This document shows positions 31,702 through 41,131 of a stretch of 64,000 nucleotides of DNA, one piece after another. The position numbers were made by a program, and so were the translations under genes. Below the pieces are notes generated by a model. That model saw only the letters and a program-made list of their open reading frames with translations, made no database searches and was not told where the DNA came from. This DNA is from Chthonomonadales bacterium (GTDB lineage Bacteria; Armatimonadota; Chthonomonadetes; Chthonomonadales; CAJBBX01), in assembly GCA_049967475.1 (NCBI GenBank), contig JBMFSQ010000005.1:89246-153245 (forward strand), given 5' to 3'. Numbering within the stretch: the stretch's first letter is position 1; each line of letters begins with the position of its first letter.

Positions 31702-31907
31702 ATTCTCCTCCAATCTCCTGGAGGGATTGCCCCCAGGCATTGCGCGATACAAGCCTGACGAAGAACGCGAAGCCTCGGTTCGGTAACCGCACCTCCGGGC
31801 GCTTCGTTTGCCCTGTGGCATAATAGGGCAGTACTTGTTGTGCAGTGTAGCACGCAGATGCCGCCATGGTCAACGGCAGAAGCCGACGGAGGTCTGCTGC
31901 AAACGCC

Positions 31908-31933
31908 GGAACGCCTTCCGCGTCGAAGCCGTA
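31908..31933 (+). promoter_or_regulatory. Putative ECF-sigma promoter
   Basis: GGAAC-N17-CGTA upstream of CDS 31981. Confidence 0.5.
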
Positions 31934-31980
31934 ATTCACCCATAGGAACCTGCCTCGAACCCGCAAGGAGGATGCACGAT

Positions 31981-32385
31981 ATGTCTCGTGGTTTTATGCT
32001 CGGTATCCTGGCGATCCTCGTGATCCTGATGGGCATCGTGTCCTATATGATGATGCCCAAACCACCCGAGCCGCCCAAACCCATAGACCCTGCCAAGATG
32101 CACCAGATGCAGGAAGCCGAGATGAAGCAGCGGCAGGAGCAGATGAAAAAGGCCATGGCCATGCGCGTACAAGAGAATGCGGCAGGCAAACAAGGCAAGA
32201 ACAAGGCACCGCGTAAGATACCTGGCGCCATGGACATCAGCTCGGACTGGTTCCACAAGCGCAAACCGGGGGAAGCGGGCATAGAAGAACTTGCCAAAGA
32301 GGCAGCTTCCCAACAGCCTCCGGCCGTTCCCACTACAACGCCGGTGACGCCTCCGCCCGCTCAACCTCAACCCGCAGCCCACTGA
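31981..32385 (+). CDS. Hypothetical single-pass membrane protein
   Basis: AAGGAGG RBS; N-terminal TM helix; Pro-rich and Met/Gln-rich helical segments. Confidence 0.8.
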   Translation: MSRGFMLGILAILVILMGIVSYMMMPKPPEPPKPIDPAKMHQMQEAEMKQRQEQMKKAMAMRVQENAAGKQGKNKAPRKIPGAMDISSDWFHKRKPGEAGIEELAKEAASQQPPAVPTTTPVTPPPAQPQPAAH

Positions 32386-32793
32386 TATCAGGCTTCCTGC
32401 CTTCCCTGTGGAGCCGCCGGACACGGCGCCAACCCCGCGGTCCACAGGGACCGCTTAGCGCGGGCGCGAAGTTTGGGCTGCCGATGCGGGTTCTTTGCTC
32501 ACCGCGAGAGCCCTCCGGCGCACCCGCACGCCGGAGCTGCTTCCACGCGGCCTCTGGGCGCCCAATCCCGGCTCAGGCCGTGTCCGTCTGCCATGCCCAA
32601 GCGCCCGCCCCGGCTCGGCCTGCTGATGGAAGCGGAGTCCGGGGCGCATCCGTTCCGGCAAATCAGCCTCTGTCCCCATGGCCTGCCCGTTTCTTTGCTG
32701 CTCCGAACGGTTATGGCGGCCGGAAGGCCCTTCCCTCCATTCCACACGACAAAGAGCCTCGGGACCCATTAGGGACATCGGCCAAACAGGCTC

Positions 32794-32851
32794 TTGACAG
32801 CCGCCGCAGTATTGTGATAGGATAAAGCACGATTAGAACGGACCGGTACTA
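32794..32851 (+). promoter_or_regulatory. Sigma70 promoter plus putative TetR operator
   Basis: TTGACA-N18-TAGGAT, then imperfect palindrome TAGAACGGACCGGTACTA at 32834-32851. Confidence 0.65.
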
Positions 32852-32875
32852 TCCAAAGGCGGCACTCCCTACACC

Positions 32876-33466
32876 ATGGGCTCGGGAAGCAAACAGAAAC
32901 TGCTCCACGCAGCGCGAGAACTGTTCTATCGCAATGGTTTTATCGCCACCAGCGTGGATGACATCATCGCGGCTGCAAGAGTGAGCAAGAGCAACTTCTA
33001 TTACCACTTCAAGAGCAAAGAAGAACTTGGCTTAGCGGTGCTGGACCAGCGGCGATGCGAGCTCGAGGGCCTATTGGCTGGAAGCCTTCAAAACGAGAAC
33101 CTCCCTCCCATGGAGAGGGTGAAGCGCTTCCTGACACCGCTCATGGATCCTGAGGATGGCGGAGACCCGGCTGGCTGCCCATTCGGCAACCTTATCGCAG
33201 AGATGGCAGAGCACAGCGAAACATTTCGATGCCGCCTGAGCAGCATGTTCAACGGCCTCACCTCCACCATCTGCACCGTGGTGGAAGAGGGCCAGCGAAT
33301 CGGCCAATTTCGCACCGACCTTTCGGCCGACGCCATTGCAGCGCTGATGGTGCAGACCGTTCAAGGGGCGCATCTCTTGGCAAAGTGCCACAAAAAGCGT
33401 GAGGCGTACCTTCGGAGCGTGGACGCGCTCATCCGGCTCATCGAGCCCTATCCTATGTCCGCATAA
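32876..33466 (+). CDS. TetR/AcrR family regulator (NemR/LmrA-like)
   Basis: N-terminal HTH (SVDDII..VSKSNFYYHFKSKEEL); GCPFGNL..E motif. Confidence 0.93.
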   Translation: MGSGSKQKLLHAARELFYRNGFIATSVDDIIAAARVSKSNFYYHFKSKEELGLAVLDQRRCELEGLLAGSLQNENLPPMERVKRFLTPLMDPEDGGDPAGCPFGNLIAEMAEHSETFRCRLSSMFNGLTSTICTVVEEGQRIGQFRTDLSADAIAALMVQTVQGAHLLAKCHKKREAYLRSVDALIRLIEPYPMSA

Positions 33467-33500
33467 GTAAAGCACGAACTTTGAAAAATACCCGCGCAAG

Positions 33501-33548
33501 TGAAACCTTTGACGTCATGGCGGCGTCTTATAGGACGGAACGGTACGT
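33501..33548 (+). promoter_or_regulatory. ECF (auto)promoter plus second putative TetR operator
   Basis: TGAAAC-N17-CGTC, then TAGGACGGAACGGTACGT at 33531-33548. Confidence 0.6.
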
Positions 33549-33618
33549 ACAATAAGGATCGCAGCAGCAGATGTATATAAGAACGGACGAAGGCAATTCA
33601 GGGAGGAGGCGACAAACC

Positions 33619-34218
33619 ATGAACACCCCAACCACAGATCGCGATCAGACAAGGCAGGCAGAGTTTGAGGCCCTTGTCGCTCGAACGCAGCGGCAGGCCT
33701 ACAACATGGCCTACAGGCTCACGGGAAACCGTGACGACGCCGAGGACCTGACGCAGGAAGCCTACCTCCGGGCCTACCGGTCCTTCGACAAATACAACCG
33801 GGAGTTGCCCTTTGAAAACTGGTTCTTCCGCATCCTCTCCAACCTGTTTGTGGATGGGCTGCGGCGTAAGCCACGCCAAGCACCGCTCTCACTGGATCAA
33901 CCGCTTTCGGAAGATGGCGAGGGTGAATACACCCTGGAAATCGCCGACCCCCACAGCGATCCCGAAGAGCAAATCATGAAGGACATCATGGACGAGCGCA
34001 TCCAGTGTGCCCTCGCCAAGCTGCCCAAGGACTTCCGCACGGCGGTCCTTCTGTGCGATGTACAAGGCTTGAGTTACGAAGAGATCGCTCGCGCTATGGG
34101 CACCAGCATCGGCACGGTGCGCAGCCGCATCCACCGAGGGCGCAAGATGATGCGCCGCCTCATGGAAGCGGGCTCGTGCACGCAGCGCGCCCTGGCGCTC
34201 AAGGCAAACCCCGCTTAG
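33619..34218 (+). CDS. ECF RNA polymerase sigma factor
   Basis: DAEDLTQEAYLRA, WFFRI, LSYEEIA, GTVRSRIHRGR; GGAGG RBS. Confidence 0.95.
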   Translation: MNTPTTDRDQTRQAEFEALVARTQRQAYNMAYRLTGNRDDAEDLTQEAYLRAYRSFDKYNRELPFENWFFRILSNLFVDGLRRKPRQAPLSLDQPLSEDGEGEYTLEIADPHSDPEEQIMKDIMDERIQCALAKLPKDFRTAVLLCDVQGLSYEEIARAMGTSIGTVRSRIHRGRKMMRRLMEAGSCTQRALALKANPA

Positions 34219-34250
34219 CAATACCCACGCGAAGCGCACCCATACCTTCG

Positions 34251-34284
34251 GGGCTGCCGGAATCCTTCGGCAGCCCTCCTTATA
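34251..34284 (+). terminator. Hairpin terminator after ECF sigma
   Basis: gggctgccg-N8-cggcagccc. Confidence 0.6.
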
Positions 34285-34296
34285 CATCCCCTACAC

Positions 34297-34326
34297 TTGA
34301 CAGATCGGCCCGCGGAAGACTAAAAT
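34297..34326 (+). promoter_or_regulatory. Sigma70 promoter of the ParA operon
   Basis: TTGACA-N18-TAAAAT. Confidence 0.7.
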
Positions 34327-34428
34327 GGGCCGTCTTCGGGCTCCATTGGCCCAATTGCACCCATCTCCCATCGGTCGGCGATGCCGTGTCCCTGCGATGC
34401 TCCATGCGCCGACAAGGAAGGTTCCGTT

Positions 34429-35214
34429 GTGACGGACGAGTTCGTGTTCGATTTTGAAGGTGAGTTCTCGCTTCTGGATATCGGCGCCACCAGCAGCCTC
34501 CTCAAAACGGGCAGCGTCCGCCCAACTGTCCTGGCCTACACGCAGAACATGGGTGTAGAAGCCGTGTCTTTGCGCTGGAATGACGACACCACCGTCGCCG
34601 AAGCGCTTGAACAAGCCCGCCGCTATTTGCGTGAGCTTCAGCCGCTTGCCTACGGCATCATCGCACACATCAGCAGGCAAAAAGGAGCCCTCATCTACCA
34701 CCAGCCCGAGGTCTCCGCTCCGCCGGGAAGCAACGATTTCCTCGCAATCGCCCTCTTCGCCCGAGGCGGCATCGCCCGTGCTGTGACCTATCCGATCCGC
34801 CGCAATCTGGACCGCATCGCACTGGGAATGCCTTCCGTTACAGACGCCGACACGACGGACTGGATGCCCCTTGGCGATCTGTGGAACAACCCCTTCTGCG
34901 CGGGGGATCTTGTGCGGTTTCGCCTTCACGACCGGCCTGTTGATCCTTCCTCCCCGCTCTGGCAGAAGGTGGTGGATCTTACTCGGCTGCGCATCCAGGA
35001 AGACCAGCCCAACGCAGACGATTACATGGCGTTCCTTGATGACCTGCGCAACGGCATATTCCGTGTGGCAGGCCGTTCAGACGGTCACCCAAACCGGGTA
35101 CTCTTGCGCCCGCGAACCGTGTTCAACCCCTTGGGAACGCTCACTGTAGAAGCATCACGCCTCACCCTCATGGAGGCTTCGCCGGCGGCTGAAGATCGGG
35201 TGGCTGCGCCATGA
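34429..35214 (+). CDS. Hypothetical protein, translationally coupled to ParA
   Basis: AAGGAAGG RBS before GTG; stop overlaps the ParA start (ATGA). Confidence 0.75.
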   Translation: MTDEFVFDFEGEFSLLDIGATSSLLKTGSVRPTVLAYTQNMGVEAVSLRWNDDTTVAEALEQARRYLRELQPLAYGIIAHISRQKGALIYHQPEVSAPPGSNDFLAIALFARGGIARAVTYPIRRNLDRIALGMPSVTDADTTDWMPLGDLWNNPFCAGDLVRFRLHDRPVDPSSPLWQKVVDLTRLRIQEDQPNADDYMAFLDDLRNGIFRVAGRSDGHPNRVLLRPRTVFNPLGTLTVEASRLTLMEASPAAEDRVAAP

Positions 35215-36011
35215 TGATCGTGTCTGTGGTCAACCAAAAGGGAGGTGTGGCGAAAACCACCACCACGGCGAACCTGGGCGCTTGCCTGGCGGAACGGGGC
35301 TACAGGACCCTGCTGATTGACCTCGACCCCCAAGCCAACCTAACCCTCGGCCTGGGGGTCGAATGGTACCATCGGGATCGCGCCCTCCACAACGTGTTGC
35401 TGGATCCGGAAGAGACGCCGATCGCCTCGGTGCTTCAACCGATTGGAGACCTTCCACTCTACCTCGCGCCCGGCCACCTGAACCTCGCCGAAGCAGAAGT
35501 GATGCTCATGCCGGCGGCAGACAAAGCCTACCGCCTGCGCAACGCACTGGAAGTGCTCCTGGAAACCCAGCGCTTTGACTGGGTGCTCATAGACTGCCCG
35601 CCTTCTCTGGGCACGCTCACACAGAACGGCATCGTCGCCAGCACCCACCTGTTGATCCCCACAGAACCCAAATACTATGCCTTCGCCGGTATGGACACCC
35701 TTAACAAGATGATCGTGCGCCTTACCCGAGGTCTCCGCTTCAAGGTGGAAACGCTCGGCGTGCTCCTCACGATGGTAGAGCGCGGAACACGCATCCATCA
35801 GATTATTTCCCAAGAGATACGCGAACGCTTCGGAGCCAAAGTGTTCGATACGGTAATATACAAGAACATCCGCCTCTCCGAATCCGAAATGGAAGGCAAA
35901 CCCATCATCCTCTTCGACCGGAGGGCCAGCGGCGCCCAGAATTACGAGGCTCTTACGGAAGAAGTGCTGCGACGAGCACCCTCTGAGTGCCTCCCTGCAG
36001 CCACAGGATAG
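35211..36011 (+). CDS. ParA/Soj family ATPase
   Basis: NQKGGVAKTTT, IDLDPQAN, IDCPPSLG, KNIRLSE. Confidence 0.95.
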   Translation: MMIVSVVNQKGGVAKTTTTANLGACLAERGYRTLLIDLDPQANLTLGLGVEWYHRDRALHNVLLDPEETPIASVLQPIGDLPLYLAPGHLNLAEAEVMLMPAADKAYRLRNALEVLLETQRFDWVLIDCPPSLGTLTQNGIVASTHLLIPTEPKYYAFAGMDTLNKMIVRLTRGLRFKVETLGVLLTMVERGTRIHQIISQEIRERFGAKVFDTVIYKNIRLSESEMEGKPIILFDRRASGAQNYEALTEEVLRRAPSECLPAATG

Positions 36012-36062
36012 CCTCTCACCCATCGCAGATGGCGCCGGCGAACATCAGGAGATCGAAAGAAC

Positions 36063-36686
36063 GTGCGCGGGGACAAGCTCGCATCGCTTCGGCAGAAACT
36101 TCGCCGAGGCACCGATGCCTTTGAATTCAACGCGCTGATCGAAGGGGTGTCCACTCTGGATGAACCTTCGCCTGCTGCCGCGCCCGTCCCAAATCGGGAC
36201 ACCAAAGGCAGCACGCCCTCTGCATCCACGGATGCCGCGGCCGACACATCAGCGCCGCCTCCGCCGGACCAACAGCCTGCCGTAACTCAAGAGGCAGAAC
36301 AAACCATCCCTGAAACTCTTGCCGCCCATACAGACAGGCTGCGGGTCGCTCTGGACACGCTGGGCGATCGCCTCGTCCGCGAGGCTCAAGATATGGCGGC
36401 AGCTCTTGCAGCCGGTTCGGTGGAGGATGCCGGGCTGCATCTGGCCCACGCCAACCAAATCCTGGAGATCCTTCATTCCGTAGACCCAAACGGCGACCTA
36501 TCCCGGCAACTCCGGTCGCGAAGTGCTCCACCCCCCGGGCAAACGTGGCCGGGAACCGCGTGGTCCCTCGTGGAATTGGCAGAGTCCCCCCTTTCAGCGC
36601 TCCTGCCGCAACACGCCGATGACGAATTGCTCAGGGCCCTTCTCTATGCGGCGTGGGGCGTGTCCTTCGAGCCGGCTTCTCCGTAG
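36063..36686 (+). CDS. Hypothetical protein, putative ParA partner
   Basis: Basic N-terminus, Pro/Ala/Thr linker, helical C-terminus; follows ParA. Confidence 0.7.
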   Translation: MRGDKLASLRQKLRRGTDAFEFNALIEGVSTLDEPSPAAAPVPNRDTKGSTPSASTDAAADTSAPPPPDQQPAVTQEAEQTIPETLAAHTDRLRVALDTLGDRLVREAQDMAAALAAGSVEDAGLHLAHANQILEILHSVDPNGDLSRQLRSRSAPPPGQTWPGTAWSLVELAESPLSALLPQHADDELLRALLYAAWGVSFEPASP

Positions 36687-36703
36687 CCCGGCGGCCGCCG
36701 GCG

Positions 36704-37942
36704 TCAAACCTGTTGCTCGCGGGCCTCGGCAAGTACTTCCGCGCGATGGTGCAAGTCAATGACTGCCGTGTAAAGGCGCACAAACCCCGCGAACACGCTT
36801 CCGTAGGCGCTGAAATAGCGGTGGACATCGGCATCGGAAAGGGACTTGGTGGCCAGATAGTAAAGGTGATCGCTGGTTTGCATCCGGCGCCAGCAATCGA
36901 GTATGTAGGGGTCACCTGCAGCTTTCACCACCGCTTCCATGCGCTTGAGTTCCTCGTAGCAGAACTGCTGCATCTCGTTGCCGAGCCACGCTGAGGTGTC
37001 CCGCTCACGATCTGCCCAAGAGATGGTGGCGTAGTCATCTACGGACACTTGGCCCACGGCAGGAAGGATCCGCACGGCTTCTGCAGGCGTGGTGAAGGCA
37101 AGCTGTGGATACTTCATTACTTCTGCCGGAAGGTGGCGCAGGAATTCGAAGATGCCGCTTTCCGCCCACATGTGCTCGCCCAACGCTTCGTAATCGAGCG
37201 CGAGGAGCACATGCATGTCCGTGTTCGCAGCGAGCCACCGGGCAAAAGTGTCCGCTGTGAGCGGCCATCCGTCCCAATCGCGATTGGTGAAGCGGTAACC
37301 CAAATCGTCTGATAGGCGATAGTTGCGCAAGAGCACGGGAAGCCCGCATGGGGCCCGGTACACAAAGTCTGGCGATCGCCACCCGAGCACCCAATCTACC
37401 CCCTCGGTGATGATGCCCTCATATCCCATCGCCTGCACCGTCGCCGCGATGCCGTTGTTGAACAGGCATTCCGTATTCCGAAACACGCGCGGCCTTACCC
37501 CAAAGAGCGCTTCGATGCGATCGGAATGCATGCGGGATTGTTCCTGAAACTCCACCCGCTCCGCATCGAACAGGGAGGAAAGGGAATGGTAGTACGTCTC
37601 CCCTGTGAACTCCACCAAACCGGTGTCGGCAAGGCGGCGGAAGACGTCCAGAAGGTCCGGCCGGTAGCGCTCCGCCTGATCCAGGAACGTTCCCGAGAGG
37701 CCGTAAGACACTCGGAACGGCTTTTCGTGCCCCCGGTACTGTTCCACCAGTTCCAGCATAAGCTGGGTGGCGGGAAAGTAGCACTTCGATGCCACCTTTT
37801 CGAACACGTTGCGGTTGAGGCTGTCATCGAAATAGTGCGCGTGGAGCTTCTGCGTCGGGATGCGCGCTGTGGTGCGCCGGCGTTCGTAGGCAAGAAGGCG
37901 TTCCGGCTGGTGCGCAAAGAAAAAGAGTGTGATCAGCGTCAC
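36704..37942 (-). CDS. Glycoside hydrolase family 57 (alpha-amylase-like)
   Basis: HQP, ETYYHSL, FRNTE, LSDDLGYRF, LDYEALGEH, QTSDHLYY. Confidence 0.92.
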   Translation of the reverse strand: MTLITLFFFAHQPERLLAYERRRTTARIPTQKLHAHYFDDSLNRNVFEKVASKCYFPATQLMLELVEQYRGHEKPFRVSYGLSGTFLDQAERYRPDLLDVFRRLADTGLVEFTGETYYHSLSSLFDAERVEFQEQSRMHSDRIEALFGVRPRVFRNTECLFNNGIAATVQAMGYEGIITEGVDWVLGWRSPDFVYRAPCGLPVLLRNYRLSDDLGYRFTNRDWDGWPLTADTFARWLAANTDMHVLLALDYEALGEHMWAESGIFEFLRHLPAEVMKYPQLAFTTPAEAVRILPAVGQVSVDDYATISWADRERDTSAWLGNEMQQFCYEELKRMEAVVKAAGDPYILDCWRRMQTSDHLYYLATKSLSDADVHRYFSAYGSVFAGFVRLYTAVIDLHHRAEVLAEAREQQV

Positions 37943-38000
37943 GTGCGTTCACTCCCACAGGTCCGGCGCCGGCACCCAAAGATGGCCCGGCATCCGGGAG

Positions 38001-39245
38001 CTACGGTCCCTTCCCCGGCGAATGCTCTGCCCCCATCAACGCCAACAGGTTGTTTTCCATAGCACGGCCCATCTGCGGCCCAATGGACACCGAGCTTTCG
38101 TACCGGTAGAGCGGCAGGCCGTAATCCTCAGGTGTGAGGATATAACCTAGGGCATCCCCCGTCAGCCCCAATTCGAAGCGCGGCGTGCCGGTCATCCTTC
38201 GCTTCAGATAGAGCCCGATGTTGGGCAAGACCTCTCCCGGAAAGGTAAGGAACTCCGCCGGGCCAATGGTAAACCGGCTCACTTCTGTGGGCACCCGGCC
38301 GCGGTCCAAAAAGTCCGGAAAGATCTTATTGGCGATGAGCATCCGGAAAACCGGGTTCTCCAACGGCACCCAGAAGCGCCGCTGGCCGAACGTAATCGAA
38401 GGATCGTCCACGGTGGTACCGGCTTGCAGAGCTTCCACCGCTTTGTCGGCAAGGGTCGTACCGATGCGCACTGCCTCCGGCCACGCTTCCCCCGGTGGGT
38501 AGGCTTTCTCATTCCGGATATCCGCCGTTACCATCCCGCCCTGGGCACCATTCATGTAGATGGCGATGCCTCCGAGGCGCTCTTCCACGCGCGCCCTCAG
38601 CCAATTGGGGAAATCGCTCGTAATCCAATGATTGTCCAGGATTTCGGGATGGCAGGCGTAATTGACGAGTGTCGCTATGGTCGTATGGTGCTCGTCCAGC
38701 ACCTGCATGGCCGAGAGTTCCGTGTCCAGCACTTGGGGGATGCGGATATTCTTGGAGCATCCGTGCACATCGCGGGTGCTTCCGAAGCGCACATGAGCCG
38801 GTCGAAGGTGCGCTGCAGTATCGTCTACGAGAGCCGCCACCTTGCGGATGAAGGCGTCCATCCATGCTTGATCTACGCCGCTGGTGCGCAGGTTCGGGCC
38901 CCACTGGCCGTAGGTATCCGGCCCCGAATGCGTGTGCGTTGCGCCGATGAGCACCCTCTCCGGCGGTACCGAACGGATCAGGGCTCGGATGCGCTGGGCG
39001 TGCCAACGTGGAACAGCCAGCAGATCGCAGCTCACCAGAGCCACCGCCTGGGAGCCGCGCTTCATTACAAGGCAGCGCGCCCACAGGGGGTCATGGACAC
39101 CGGCGCTGCGGCGGTTGGAGCCATATCCGGCAAGATACACTGCATGGTCTGGTGTAATCTCCACTTTGCCGGCTGCAGCCTCAAAATGCGCTCCGCCGGC
39201 CGCCATCGCACCGATGCACCCCATCACAAGCAGGTTCCCCACCAT
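38001..39245 (-). CDS. Neutral/alkaline ceramidase-like secreted hydrolase
   Basis: HDPLWAR, ATHTHSGP, NYACHPE, NGAQG, FPGE. Confidence 0.8.
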   Translation of the reverse strand: MVGNLLVMGCIGAMAAGGAHFEAAAGKVEITPDHAVYLAGYGSNRRSAGVHDPLWARCLVMKRGSQAVALVSCDLLAVPRWHAQRIRALIRSVPPERVLIGATHTHSGPDTYGQWGPNLRTSGVDQAWMDAFIRKVAALVDDTAAHLRPAHVRFGSTRDVHGCSKNIRIPQVLDTELSAMQVLDEHHTTIATLVNYACHPEILDNHWITSDFPNWLRARVEERLGGIAIYMNGAQGGMVTADIRNEKAYPPGEAWPEAVRIGTTLADKAVEALQAGTTVDDPSITFGQRRFWVPLENPVFRMLIANKIFPDFLDRGRVPTEVSRFTIGPAEFLTFPGEVLPNIGLYLKRRMTGTPRFELGLTGDALGYILTPEDYGLPLYRYESSVSIGPQMGRAMENNLLALMGAEHSPGKGP

Positions 39246-39344
39246 TGCCGATCCTCCAGCCGGCAATTCGCCGCGGGTGCGCACGCTTCCTGCATCCCTT
39301 GCATGCCCGGAAGCTCCGCCGCTGCGGTTCGAACATTCTTCGCT

Positions 39345-41081
39345 CTATTCCAGCGCCCGGGCGATGACCTGCGCCGCTTCCGAGCGCGTGCAGACCTGAC
39401 GTGCCCGCGGAATAGGCCGCCCTATCCGTCGCTCAACCTCGATCCACAATTCAGCCTCGAATGGAGAATCCGGGCGGAATTCAATCTCCGATGTGACCGG
39501 CCATATCTGGGCCATGGCGAGCCGCTGCGCCGCGCGGAAGGCCGGATGTTCCGCCGGTAAATCGCCCCACCAGTACAACGGCACGCCCTGATCCAACAGC
39601 GCCGATTGGAACCGCTCCAGCAGGGAGGGGCTCTCCAATACCTCTCGCGGCAGAACGCGACGAGACGCGCAGAATGCAGCCAGCAATCCGGCCGCCTCTC
39701 CGACTGCCCATTCGACGGGGTGGAGACGAAACGCGCCATTGGCAAGATGAGTTACACCCAGGTTCTTGCACGCCGGGAGAAGGTTCTCCACCCGCACAGG
39801 AATGAGCGCACCAAGAGGGATCTGGAAGGGGCGCGTATTCAGAAAAAGACCCTGTTCTCCCGAAGGCCCTTCGTGGATATCCAGCCAATAGTGCCCGATG
39901 CCGCACGCATCCGGCCGAAAGACGGCCCGCGCGTCCTCGCCCTGTATCGCCCCATCTCCTTGCACTATCTCTTGCTCGTAAACTGTAGTTCGTGCGCGGA
40001 TGCGGCGGCTTTCGCGGATATAGGGAAGGGGCGCCACGCCGTCGGGTGTGTCGAAAAGGTCCGCTCGGAGGCGGAATTCGGGGTATCCCCGCCGCGAAGC
40101 GTCGTCGGCCCGGGGACATTCGGTCTGGAGCCAATAGACGTAGCCCAGCGTGGCGCGCCGCGCTTGTTTCAGCACACGTGCATCGTCCAGTTCGCTACCT
40201 GTGGGATAGATGCCGCCGCGAAAGTCGTTGGCTGCAGTGTTGATCATGGCAACATCGAAGGCGATGGCCGGATCCTCGAAGTTCTCTGCGGCCAGAATGC
40301 GCCGATAGGTCCACCAGCTCATGGCGCCGAACATCCCCTGCATCGCGCCATCCAGTATGTGGTACCGCTGCATCTCTATCAGCTCTTCGTACCCCGGCGG
40401 CTTGGGTATCGTATGGTTTTCGCCGGGCGGCCGCAATTCCAGCGCCACAGGAAAGGTTAGAGGCTGCACCCAATCGGGATGCGGTTGGGCGGGAGCGTGC
40501 GGTTCACCCGTGTCGTCGCGCGCCTCGGCCCCAAATGCAAACTCCACCCCTGCAAGGGGAAGCAGATCTCCCGTGTCCGTAGCATCCAGAAAGAAGGGCG
40601 CGCGGTACCGCGTTGCGCACCCGGCGGCATCTATGGCCGTCACGGAACGCACTCGGACGGTTGCTCCAGCTTCTGCCGCTACTACCCGCCGCCCCAGCAG
40701 AATGTCTACCGCGCCGGCTTCTCTGAGCATCTCGTGCAGCAAGGCCATCCAGACCTTCGGCTCGGCGGAGATGCGGCTCACCCAGCAGTTGCCGGGATTG
40801 AAGAGCCCCTGCGCCTTCCCCGCTTCCGAGAGCCGATACCGTTCCATATAGTGGGCTCGTGCCCGCCGGCGCAATTCGCGGTAGGAAGCCGAGGCGCCCC
40901 CGTCTTCCACCCACGCGTTCTCGTCGGGGGTGCATACTCCCTGACCGGTAAGCTGCCCGCCGATCCATCCGGAAGCCTCAAGCAAAAGCACTCGGGCGCC
41001 CTGCCGTGCCGCGCTCCACGCTGCCGACACGCCGCCAAGGCTCGCCCCGACAATCACCACATCGTAAACCCGTTCATCCAT
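39345..41081 (-). CDS. FAD-dependent oxidoreductase
   Basis: [45 protein letters not shown]. Confidence 0.88.
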   Translation of the reverse strand: MDERVYDVVIVGASLGGVSAAWSAARQGARVLLLEASGWIGGQLTGQGVCTPDENAWVEDGGASASYRELRRRARAHYMERYRLSEAGKAQGLFNPGNCWVSRISAEPKVWMALLHEMLREAGAVDILLGRRVVAAEAGATVRVRSVTAIDAAGCATRYRAPFFLDATDTGDLLPLAGVEFAFGAEARDDTGEPHAPAQPHPDWVQPLTFPVALELRPPGENHTIPKPPGYEELIEMQRYHILDGAMQGMFGAMSWWTYRRILAAENFEDPAIAFDVAMINTAANDFRGGIYPTGSELDDARVLKQARRATLGYVYWLQTECPRADDASRRGYPEFRLRADLFDTPDGVAPLPYIRESRRIRARTTVYEQEIVQGDGAIQGEDARAVFRPDACGIGHYWLDIHEGPSGEQGLFLNTRPFQIPLGALIPVRVENLLPACKNLGVTHLANGAFRLHPVEWAVGEAAGLLAAFCASRRVLPREVLESPSLLERFQSALLDQGVPLYWWGDLPAEHPAFRAAQRLAMAQIWPVTSEIEFRPDSPFEAELWIEVERRIGRPIPRARQVCTRSEAAQVIARALE

Positions 41082-41131
41082 CCCGCGCCTCCTATCGTAG
41101 CCTCGGGGTACAATGGCACCCGGGGGATCCC

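Noticed and set aside
34297..36700. Canonical parABS locus
   Set aside because: No ParB domain motifs and no parS-like palindrome seen
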